A stretch of DNA of 61,389 bases, taken from NCBI GenBank assembly GCA_014382715.1, contig JACNJD010000124.1, forward strand, positions 1 through 61,389, read 5' to 3'. The notes under the pieces were generated by a model that worked only from the letters and a program-made list of their open reading frames with translations, made no database searches and had not been told where the DNA came from. Of the stretch, positions 44,077 to 52,200 are shown piece after piece; the first letter of the stretch is position 1; each line of letters opens with the position of its first letter. This DNA comes from Candidatus Desulfacyla euxinica (lineage in GTDB: Bacteria > Desulfobacterota > DSM-4660 > Desulfatiglandales > Desulfatiglandaceae). The translations under genes and the position numbers were made by a program.

Positions 44077-45450
44077 ATGACAACTTCTCTTAGTATTCTT
44101 TGGCCAAAAAGTACAGCCCCAGATATTGAAGAGGTAACATTTTCTTATGATTTCTGTAGACGAGTCAGTCAGGAGTTATGCCAAAACATAGCTCAGAAAT
44201 ATTCATGGATAGACTATCCCGCTGACTGGAACCTTGCCCATGCCCTTTCGGAGGCCCAAAGTGAAATGCTTTTTGTGGTCAATAAACCCGAACTTGTGCT
44301 ATCTTCAATAGTCTTAAATCGTCTGACAAAGGGGCTTGAAAGTGGCTGTATAGCATGCGGTCCGGTTTACAATGAGACTTCGTTTTCCAGTCAGAAAGCC
44401 AAGCTACCTTTTCCATATGTCAATATCCCAACTTTTTTGGAGGCTTCTCAGGCTTTAGAGAGCAAAAAAAGGCGTGTTATTACCGTCCACGCCCTGGATC
44501 CAGCGTGTATATTATATCAGAGAGATTTTTTAAAGCGTGTTGACGCAAAACACCTTCTTACAGAGGCTTACAAGTCCATTCCTGGAACCATTAAGAAGAG
44601 CGTGGCAGTTGATTCAGGCGCCCTGGTTCATATATTCAGAAACTACTATGAAGACGAACCAGATGATCGGGTTGGTTTTGTTCCTCAAATGGTAAGATGT
44701 GCTATTGATATGGGATGGCATTTTTTACAGAAACTTGGCGCAAAACACCTTTTGTCAGAAAGCTACGTATCCAACTTTGAAAGAGCATTAAGAAAAAAAA
44801 CGTTAGCGGTACTTCACTTTTTAGGGAGTCAGAATAACTGGCAAAGAGATTGCATGATTCACCTTATTCCTGAAACAGTAAAGAACGTCTTAGATATTGG
44901 ATGCGCCAGTGGAGGATATGGGAAGAGGCTAAAACAAATTCGCCCGGAGATTTTTCTGAAGGGCATTGAGAGAAACCTGATAATGGCGGAATATGCCCGA
45001 AATTACTACGATGATGTCGTCGTCTCTTCAGTGGAATCTGCTAATCTTCCGGCCGGATTTGATCTTGTGAATTGTGGAGATGTTCTGGAACATCTCCACA
45101 ATCCCTGGGAAATGCTAAAACGCGTTCACCGCCTGCTCAGACAGGGAGGACATCTTGTGATTAGCATTCCTAATGTGGGACATTGGTCCATAGCCAGAGA
45201 TCTCCTTGATGGCAGATACCAATATGTTCCTATAGGATTGTTATGCGTATCACATATACGGTGGTTCACTGAATCTTCCATCCGACAAGCCCTGATGGAC
45301 GCTGATTTTGAAATCGAAATCTTATATAGGCAAAAAATTCCTCCCAGCCCTCAAGGCAAAGTATTCATTCATCATATGTGTGAAAAAGGCTATGGTGACA
45401 AGGAATCATTATTGACGAACGAATTTATTATTAGAGCCATCAAGCAATGA
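44077..45450 (+). CDS. Class I SAM-dependent methyltransferase with a ~250-aa N-terminal domain of unknown function
   Basis: VLDIGCASGGYG (motif I) and DLVNCGDVLEHL are in the C-terminal half. Confidence 0.65.
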   Translation: MTTSLSILWPKSTAPDIEEVTFSYDFCRRVSQELCQNIAQKYSWIDYPADWNLAHALSEAQSEMLFVVNKPELVLSSIVLNRLTKGLESGCIACGPVYNETSFSSQKAKLPFPYVNIPTFLEASQALESKKRRVITVHALDPACILYQRDFLKRVDAKHLLTEAYKSIPGTIKKSVAVDSGALVHIFRNYYEDEPDDRVGFVPQMVRCAIDMGWHFLQKLGAKHLLSESYVSNFERALRKKTLAVLHFLGSQNNWQRDCMIHLIPETVKNVLDIGCASGGYGKRLKQIRPEIFLKGIERNLIMAEYARNYYDDVVVSSVESANLPAGFDLVNCGDVLEHLHNPWEMLKRVHRLLRQGGHLVISIPNVGHWSIARDLLDGRYQYVPIGLLCVSHIRWFTESSIRQALMDADFEIEILYRQKIPPSPQGKVFIHHMCEKGYGDKESLLTNEFIIRAIKQ

Positions 45451-45546
45451 GTATGATCGGAGGAGGAGCCAAGCCATACAATCCTTATTTCCGATAAGGA
45501 ACATACGAGGCACAAACGAGATGAGTTACTTCAACTCACCAATAAA

Positions 45547-46638
45547 ATGAAAATTGCATATGTATTAGAATCCAGTGCGCTTTTTGGTGGCGTAAAAGTT
45601 GTTTTGCGCCAGGCAGAGGCTCTGCTTAAAAGAGGCCACCATTCTGTCGTAATTTCCCTTGAAAAATATCCGTCCTGGTTCGATGGCCATATCTTATTTA
45701 AAGAAGAAGATCCCTTATATCGAAAGGTGGTGAAGAAGCTTGATCAGACGATTGGAACTTTTCCAAGACTGACTCTGCCGTTGTATCTTAAATTGCTGAA
45801 GTCATTTGAACAGATTTTCGTAACCTCCCCAAGATTGCTCCTGATCCTGTATGATTGCCCTGATGTTCGCAATAAATTGTGGCACCTTACCCAAGGTTAT
45901 GAAGGCGATTGCCTGGAAGCTATTCCTCATATGCTTTTGCTTGAGAAGGCCTATTCCTTACCGGTACCTAAAATTACAATTTCAGAAAATTTGGCAGATC
46001 GATTGACCCTGATGTTTCCCGGGAATTATTTTTTTTCGGTGGGTCAGGGTTTAGAACATGACTACTTTTTTCCAAGAGGAACGAATTCTGATGAGAATTT
46101 CCAGAAAGTTGATCGAGTTTTCCTTGTGGGCCCTCTGAACACCTCCATCAAACAGATCCGTAAAGGCCTTCATGCATTTGACCTAGCCAGAAAACAGAAT
46201 CCAGCATTGAAACTTGTGAGAATATCAACCGTCGATACACAGTATGAAGAGGAAGCATTGATTGGCCCTATAAAAGAATACCATGTACACATAAGCCCGG
46301 CAAAAGTCGGTGAAGTGTTAAGATCCGGAAATGGGATACTTATCTCTCCTTCAGGCCCTGGTGAAGGATTCGGGTTATCTGCACTTGAAGCAATGGCATG
46401 CGGCGTCCCGACGGTACTTACAGATATTCCTAGTTACAAGTCATTTTCCGAGCCATGTGATTACGCGAAGTTTGTACCTGATGATGTCAATTTCTTGGCG
46501 ACAGCCCTTCGCTGCTTAATGGAAGATAGCCATGAGCGGCAGCGTTTGATAGTGAGAGGGCTTGAAGTCGCGGGTGAATTTTCTTATGACAGCGTGGCAA
46601 GGAACGTAGAAAAAATTCTTTTTAACAGTATGGAATGA
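45547..46638 (+). CDS. GT4 glycosyltransferase
   Basis: Contains PSGPGEGFGLSALEAMACGVPTVLTDIPSY. Confidence 0.7.
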   Translation: MKIAYVLESSALFGGVKVVLRQAEALLKRGHHSVVISLEKYPSWFDGHILFKEEDPLYRKVVKKLDQTIGTFPRLTLPLYLKLLKSFEQIFVTSPRLLLILYDCPDVRNKLWHLTQGYEGDCLEAIPHMLLLEKAYSLPVPKITISENLADRLTLMFPGNYFFSVGQGLEHDYFFPRGTNSDENFQKVDRVFLVGPLNTSIKQIRKGLHAFDLARKQNPALKLVRISTVDTQYEEEALIGPIKEYHVHISPAKVGEVLRSGNGILISPSGPGEGFGLSALEAMACGVPTVLTDIPSYKSFSEPCDYAKFVPDDVNFLATALRCLMEDSHERQRLIVRGLEVAGEFSYDSVARNVEKILFNSME

Positions 46639-46674
46639 CCAGTATATCGTGATTGGATTTTCTTCGAAATCATA

Positions 46675-47577
46675 ATGAAAACTTTGGATGTCAGCCTCAT
46701 TATACCCGTTCATTCAGGAATCAGCCGGTTGAATCGGCTTTTTTCTTCCCTGGATAGATTAGAAGTTAAAGATAAACGGGCTGAATGCATTTTGGTCGCG
46801 GATCGTTGTGATGAGGACATAGTTCGAAGGCTTGAATCCTGGTGCAGGTCAAAAACGTGCCGTCGCTGGGTGAGATGCATTGTCCTCCCCGTTGATTTTG
46901 GAAACCCAGACAAAGCTAGAAATTTAGGGCAAAAAAGGTCTGCTGGCAAGGTCCTTGCTTTTATGGATGATGACTGCCGACCCTCGCGTCAATGGTTGCT
47001 GTCGGGGTTGCGCCATATCAGAACCTGGAATGCTGTAACAGGTCCTGTATTGCATCCAAATACATGGCTTGGCATACTTGTGGCCGTCATGGACTTTGGG
47101 GAATTTCAAGCAACGGTTTCATCTGCTATCAAGAATGCGCCTGGATGCAATTTCTTTGTACGTTTTGAAGCAATTTCCGAGTACCCAATTCTTCCCGAAT
47201 ATGACTATGGTGGGGACCGCCTGCTTGCGGCCTCTTTGGCCCAAGTGGGCCCCATCTGGTATCACCCGGATGTGTCTGTTTTTCACGACCTCGCATTGGA
47301 TTGGAAGGCCATTTGGCCCAGAGAAATTCGTTACGGGGCGGTCGCCTGGGCTGCACGACGTAAAAACCCTTCCCTGCCTTGGAGTTCTCTCCTTAATTTT
47401 GGCCCTATAGCGCCCTTTATTGTTGTTTCTGGCCGCTTAATTATGGATCTTAAAAGACTTTGGTTTGGCAGATGGCCTTTGCCTTTGCTGCACAAGCTGT
47501 TCGTTACATTTAGTCTTTTTCCCGCCCGACTTGGCTACTTAATCGGTCTGATGCTCGCAAAGCATCGCAAGCTTTAG
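46675..47577 (+). CDS. GT2 glycosyltransferase
   Basis: Contains VSLIIPVHSG and FMDDDCRP (DxD). The C-terminus is hydrophobic. Confidence 0.65.
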   Translation: MKTLDVSLIIPVHSGISRLNRLFSSLDRLEVKDKRAECILVADRCDEDIVRRLESWCRSKTCRRWVRCIVLPVDFGNPDKARNLGQKRSAGKVLAFMDDDCRPSRQWLLSGLRHIRTWNAVTGPVLHPNTWLGILVAVMDFGEFQATVSSAIKNAPGCNFFVRFEAISEYPILPEYDYGGDRLLAASLAQVGPIWYHPDVSVFHDLALDWKAIWPREIRYGAVAWAARRKNPSLPWSSLLNFGPIAPFIVVSGRLIMDLKRLWFGRWPLPLLHKLFVTFSLFPARLGYLIGLMLAKHRKL

Positions 47578-47649
47578 CATCAATTTCCACATGCAGAACG
47601 TCTTGAGAATTTGGAGAGAACACGCCTATTCTTAAAAGGCTTGACTTGT

Positions 47650-47965
47650 TTAATAGAAATTACCGGTGAAATTTTTCCTGCGACCAAGATATGTCCTCGC
47701 AATGTGCATTGTACTTTTACCTGTGATATGTCCAACCACATTGGAAACTTCATATTTGGGGAATAGCAATCAACATATGGCTGTAATCCAAGTGGAGATG
47801 ACGTTCCAGAATCTCACAATCTGTCCTGCGGGCTATTTTCCGGAAAACTGCACTCAAATGAGTATTTACATCACCATAAATCTCTTTTTTCTGATATTTT
47901 GGTGCCCAAGTGAGATAATGCTTGCATTCTAATTTTGCATGGTTTAAACTCTTTATATCATTCAT
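47650..47965 (-). pseudogene. tnpA: IS200/IS605-family tnpA (Y1 transposase) relic, frameshifted and C-terminally truncated
   Basis: Reads ..KHYLTWAPKYQKKEIYGDV..CEILERHLHLDYSHMLIAIPQI and then a stop. The -1 frame continues PKYEVSNVVGHITGKSTMHIARTYLGRRKNFTGNFY and then a stop, so the ..FWARGY.. end is missing. Confidence 0.75.
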
Positions 47966-48164
47966 GTTACGTCTTTTCTTTTGTGACTTTTGAGCGGTTC
48001 ACATTAGGAGAGGTTGTCATAGACTCACGGAAATGTTAAAATCTAATAGTCAAGCAGCATAGCCGGGGGTTTACCATTTATTTAATCAATATAGACTCCG
48101 TCACGTGTGACTGGTTGATTTTTCGTTGAGCTGAAAAACCTAATGTGGAGGAGAAGAACACAGC

Positions 48165-49613
48165 ATGTTTAAGGTTATAAATAAAAAAGCGGGAGTCGCT
48201 GACATTGTGGCGGGGATATCGGTCACCATACTATGTATCCTCTTCCTTACCTGCTTCCCGGCTTTTGCAGAAACCCCACAAGGCGTTATATTGGAAATGG
48301 ATGCCTTTTTGGGGTCCCCTGTCCCTAACATTGAGGCGCTCCCAGATGAGATTGAGTTCGCAATTTACGACTCTGAGACAGCCACCACCGCCATTGCTAA
48401 ACAAATTTTCCCAAAAGGCAAATATACGACTGAGTTGAAGATCAGTAAATCCGGTAGGCCCACCCCGAGCCCCTTGGTCAGTTTCAGAGTAAACTTCTCT
48501 AATAAATTGACCTTTAATGACAAATCAAATGCCTCAGATCAAGTCAAAGGACTATGGCTCGATATTACCCTTGATGGAATCCAAGCGGGAACTAGAAAAC
48601 AAATATCAAACTCCACCTTAATTCGACTTCTCCTGGCAAGTAAGGTGCCTGTCTCAATTTATCGTAACTTTGCGTTCGGGGAAGATGAAAACCCAACTGC
48701 ATTTTCTTCCATTACTCCTACGAAACCACAAGACCGGAACATTGACGGAAACCATACCTATTATGCGTACTTTTCAGGAATGGCAGGTACTGGAGGCACT
48801 GGAACCACAACTTCCACCTCCACAACAACCACCACCACTTCCGCTACTACGACAACCACTATTCCTTCGTCCACTTCGGCATTATTTGTGAGAAACGCAT
48901 CCGGTACAGAGGTGTTTTCTGTAAGCCCTGGTGGTGCCATCACAACTGCTTCCAGACTTTTTACCAATGGTGCATCGGCAGTCGGTGCTGCGCCGTTTGT
49001 TCTTGGTCAGGATATTGGTAACAGAGGAATTGTCATCACAGACAAAGCAGCGACAAATCCCAAAAGAATCTATTTCGGATGGAATACCGGAGCCTCTATG
49101 GAATATGTGGAAATCTTTGCCCTCCAGGAAGGTGTGGCATACAAAAACTTTGTTCTTGCACCGTTTGGCGGCAACGTCGGCATCAACACCAGTAGCCCTG
49201 CATATCCTTTACACATTGGAAACAGTGCACATGTCACTACAGGAGGGGTTTGGACAAACGCATCCAGTGGAGAATACAAAACAGACGTTAAACAGCTTTC
49301 AGCAGAGAAGGCCATGGATGCTTTAACACAGCTCAAACCGGTTGAGTTTGCCTATAAAGCTGATTCGCAGGAAAAACATGTAGGATTCATTGCGGAAGAC
49401 GCCCCTGACATCGTGGCAACAAAGGACAGGAAGGGTATGAGCCCTATGGACGTTGTTGCTGTCCTGACCAAGGTTGTTCAAGAGCAGCAAGAGCTCCTCC
49501 GGGAGCAGCGTAAAATTGCACAGGAACAGGAGAAAACCATAGGCCACTTGTCTGAGAAAGTGGCGAAACTCGAAAGAAGGTTGAAGTCCAAAGAAAACTC
49601 TTTGTCTGAGTAA
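48165..49613 (+). CDS. Secreted protein B: different head, Thr/Ser tract, the same fibre stalk and S74-type chaperone domain as protein A
   Basis: GGAGGAG lies upstream. Signal peptide ends ..FPAFA-ET. The Thr tract lies at 48786..48861. About 215 aa at the C-terminus are near-identical to 32154..33341. Confidence 0.8.
   Translation: MFKVINKKAGVADIVAGISVTILCILFLTCFPAFAETPQGVILEMDAFLGSPVPNIEALPDEIEFAIYDSETATTAIAKQIFPKGKYTTELKISKSGRPTPSPLVSFRVNFSNKLTFNDKSNASDQVKGLWLDITLDGIQAGTRKQISNSTLIRLLLASKVPVSIYRNFAFGEDENPTAFSSITPTKPQDRNIDGNHTYYAYFSGMAGTGGTGTTTSTSTTTTTTSATTTTTIPSSTSALFVRNASGTEVFSVSPGGAITTASRLFTNGASAVGAAPFVLGQDIGNRGIVITDKAATNPKRIYFGWNTGASMEYVEIFALQEGVAYKNFVLAPFGGNVGINTSSPAYPLHIGNSAHVTTGGVWTNASSGEYKTDVKQLSAEKAMDALTQLKPVEFAYKADSQEKHVGFIAEDAPDIVATKDRKGMSPMDVVAVLTKVVQEQQELLREQRKIAQEQEKTIGHLSEKVAKLERRLKSKENSLSE
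48838..49477 (+). repeat. Long direct repeat, copy B
   Basis: See 32590..33229. Confidence 0.85.
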
Positions 49614-50068
49614 GACCGGATGAAGCCATCCAATGGTTAAGATTGAGCGGGAAAGTGTACCCCTTGGTTGCATAAATAAAATGGCAAAATGGGTTTAAAG
49701 ACTACAAATACAAGATATCCTTTCATTTTTTGTGTTTTACAGGAATCCTCTACAGGTGGGATCCTAAAAACAGGAAAAACAGCCATTTTATTTACCCTAC
49801 GGGAAAACCGAGGATACCCCATCTCCTGCGTTGTCGAGGGTTCGCGGTAAAGTACTACAGCTTCACCCTCGACGCCTAAGATCTGTGGCATCCTCGATTC
49901 TTGCAACGTTAGGGTGTAGTGTTTCACCACAGGATAAGGGGATCTCATTCTGTTGATCGACAAAGGGATTCTCAAGCAGTTATCGACTGCTGTTGTCAGA
50001 CCTGGTGACTGGGGAGGAGTTGAAACATTTGCAAGACCCGTCAAGAATTGTTAGTGGGGTTCAGGTCC

Positions 50069-50578
50069 ATGCATCCCTTAAATAATCTGACTTCCGTTTA
50101 TGTGATGTTGATTCTTCTCCTATTCGGTGTTCTTGCACCCTCTTGTAAAGCAAGTGACAAAAGATCTGACAGAGTCGAAAATTCTGCTTCGGCTGGTGTT
50201 GGTAACAAAGGGCTGACAATGAGGGTTCTGTGGACCGTTTCTGCCTATCATATAGGGAAAAATGCTGTCTGGGGAAAGGCCGAAGCACACAATATGCTTT
50301 TTAAGCCACTGGATATTAATACATCGAGCATCACCTTTGACGGTCAGACCTGCCACAATGTGACATTTGAAACCGAAATTGTCGATGCAGCGAAATATCT
50401 GGCAGAAAGGTACCAAACAACACCACAAACCATTGGTTTTGAGGAGAAGACCCTTAAAGTCATCAAAACTGACTGTTTTCTTCCGGGATTTTCAGAATAC
50501 ATGCGTTTGAGGGATAGAAGACTGATCGTTCCCATAAACGGCGTTTTGTTTTTCTTTGAGCCGGCGGTAAATCATTAA
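50069..50578 (+). CDS. Possible lipoprotein, unknown function
   Basis: Starts MHPLNNLTSVYVMLILLLFGVLAPSC. ATG 50069 is preferred over TTG 50048. Confidence 0.45.
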   Translation: MHPLNNLTSVYVMLILLLFGVLAPSCKASDKRSDRVENSASAGVGNKGLTMRVLWTVSAYHIGKNAVWGKAEAHNMLFKPLDINTSSITFDGQTCHNVTFETEIVDAAKYLAERYQTTPQTIGFEEKTLKVIKTDCFLPGFSEYMRLRDRRLIVPINGVLFFFEPAVNH

Positions 50579-50622
50579 ATCTGAATGCCCGAATGGTTTC
50601 GGAAAAAATAATGAGGTAAAAA

Positions 50623-51999
50623 ATGCGAAAAACCGTACTTGTTTTTCTCTCCATTTTGTTAGTTGTTTCGTTGAGTATCTTTCAAAAAACTGCGGCATCG
50701 GATGATTATGCGGATAATGAACCTGTTGACTTAATGTTACCGATACCATTGACCCCCGAGATGTCTGAGGATGGAAAAGCTTTATACAATGCTGTCCCCC
50801 TGATAGCTGTCGTGGATGATCTCAACCCCTCGGTCCTGAGAAAAATCCCTGCCCCTGCCCGTTTTTTAGACCAGCCTGAGGCTGCGACCTCCAGCTTTTC
50901 GATAACATATATCGCAAACGGTGGTGCCGACGCCTGGGGTGAACGGTGCTATACATTTCCAGAAGACGCGAGGACCGCCTTTGATTATGCAGCCAGCATC
51001 TGGGTCAATACCCTCAACTCCGACGTCCCCATAACAATTAATGCATGCTGGGCCGAGCTGGCGTCAGCATCGACATTGGGATATTCAGGCGGCCAGCCTC
51101 TACGCAGGGATTTTTCGGGTGCTACACGATCCAACACCTGGTATCAAGGTTCTGTCGCCAACGCCCTGAATGGCTCCGACCTGGATCCATCAGATTTTGA
51201 CATGCACATAACCTATAACAGCCTCTTTGACTGGTATTACGGAACAGACGGCAATACTCCCTCGACTCAACATGATTTAGTAACGGTTGTACTGCACGAG
51301 ATGTGCCATGGTTTGAACTTCTCCGGATCGATGAGTTACTCGGGAGGCAGTGCCAGCTGGGGCTACAGCACCGGGTATCCGAACATTTATGATGTGTTTA
51401 TGAAGGATGGTTCCGGCACGCAGCTCATCGATACAAGTTCTTACACAAACGGGTCCACAGCCCTCGGCAGTGCTGTGACGTCGAATGATATATGGTTTCA
51501 TGGGACCAAGGCAATGGCGGCCAATGGCGTTCAACGGGTGAAAATGTACGCCCCGTCTACCTGGCGCTCAGGATCAAGTTATTCTCACCTTGACTATGAT
51601 ACATTCAACAATACCTCAAACCAGCTGATGGTATATGCCATAAGTGCTGGTGAATCCGTTCACGATCCCGGGGCAGTTAACGAAGGTCTGCTGCAAGACC
51701 TGGGTTGGACTGTCGATTCAACATCAAATAGTTATGTGGATCCTGCGGGTTCATGCGGCGGCAACACTCCCTGCTATACCACAATCCAGACAGCAGTCAA
51801 CGCGGCCAGCACCGGGACTACCATAAAGATTGTTCAGGGGGACTACAACGAAAATGTCCTCCTAAGCACATCCAAACAGGTAACCCTTTCCGGCGGATGG
51901 AATACTTCATACACGACCCAGTCATCAAACTCATCCGCCAATTCAATCGGCGTAAGTGCGGGCACCCTTATCGCCGACAAGGTGGGCGCACAGGGTTAG
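50623..51999 (+). CDS. Secreted HExxH zinc-metalloprotease-like protein with the C-terminal CGxxTPCY..QGDY..GGW module
   Basis: Has a signal peptide. VVLHEMCHGLNFSG is an HExxHxLxF motif reminiscent of the leishmanolysin type (from memory). The last 85 aa or so match the C-terminal region of the SBBP protein. Confidence 0.6.
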   Translation: MRKTVLVFLSILLVVSLSIFQKTAASDDYADNEPVDLMLPIPLTPEMSEDGKALYNAVPLIAVVDDLNPSVLRKIPAPARFLDQPEAATSSFSITYIANGGADAWGERCYTFPEDARTAFDYAASIWVNTLNSDVPITINACWAELASASTLGYSGGQPLRRDFSGATRSNTWYQGSVANALNGSDLDPSDFDMHITYNSLFDWYYGTDGNTPSTQHDLVTVVLHEMCHGLNFSGSMSYSGGSASWGYSTGYPNIYDVFMKDGSGTQLIDTSSYTNGSTALGSAVTSNDIWFHGTKAMAANGVQRVKMYAPSTWRSGSSYSHLDYDTFNNTSNQLMVYAISAGESVHDPGAVNEGLLQDLGWTVDSTSNSYVDPAGSCGGNTPCYTTIQTAVNAASTGTTIKIVQGDYNENVLLSTSKQVTLSGGWNTSYTTQSSNSSANSIGVSAGTLIADKVGAQG

Positions 52000-52066
52000 G
52001 GCCTCGCCATAAAATTGAACGTCATTTTTCAGTCAGGCTTCATACCACTTTTGACTGGAGGCTCTG

Positions 52067-52107
52067 TGAGGATGTCTGCGGTTCGACTCCGCACGGTGGT
52101 TCCAGCA
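52067..52107 (+). other. 41-nt copy of the tRNA-Thr 3' end (att-like remnant)
   Basis: tgaggatgtctgcggttcgactccgcacggtggTtccagca compared with tRNA positions 27543..27583. There is one mismatch (52100). A hairpin (CCGACC 52111..52116 / GGTCGG 52124..52129) and a T-run follow. Confidence 0.8.
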
Positions 52108-52200
52108 CATCCGACCCGCATTCGGTCGGTAGTCCTTATTTTTTCCTCACAATATCATGGCTTTTATGATATCCTTAACATTTCCGGCAGCATTGGAAAA

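Larger units (their letters stand above)
29746..52066. mobile_element. 22.3-kb genomic island integrated at tRNA-Thr; no recombinase visible
   Basis: The left boundary is an intact tRNA and the right boundary is a 41-nt copy of the tRNA 3' end. The interior is visibly AT-richer. It contains an IS200 tnpA relic. The cargo is accessory glycosylation and secreted-protein genes. Confidence 0.55.

Noticed and set aside
49637-50044. 135-aa reverse-strand ORF
   Set aside because: It has no RBS and an odd composition, and it overlaps the structured non-coding region. I treat it as non-coding.
52015-52200. N-terminal extension of nadE given in the ORF track (start 52015)
   Set aside because: The extension translates the tRNA-Thr 3' fragment and its hairpin. 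NadE homology only begins near MKTAKVIQHIVNW (52231).
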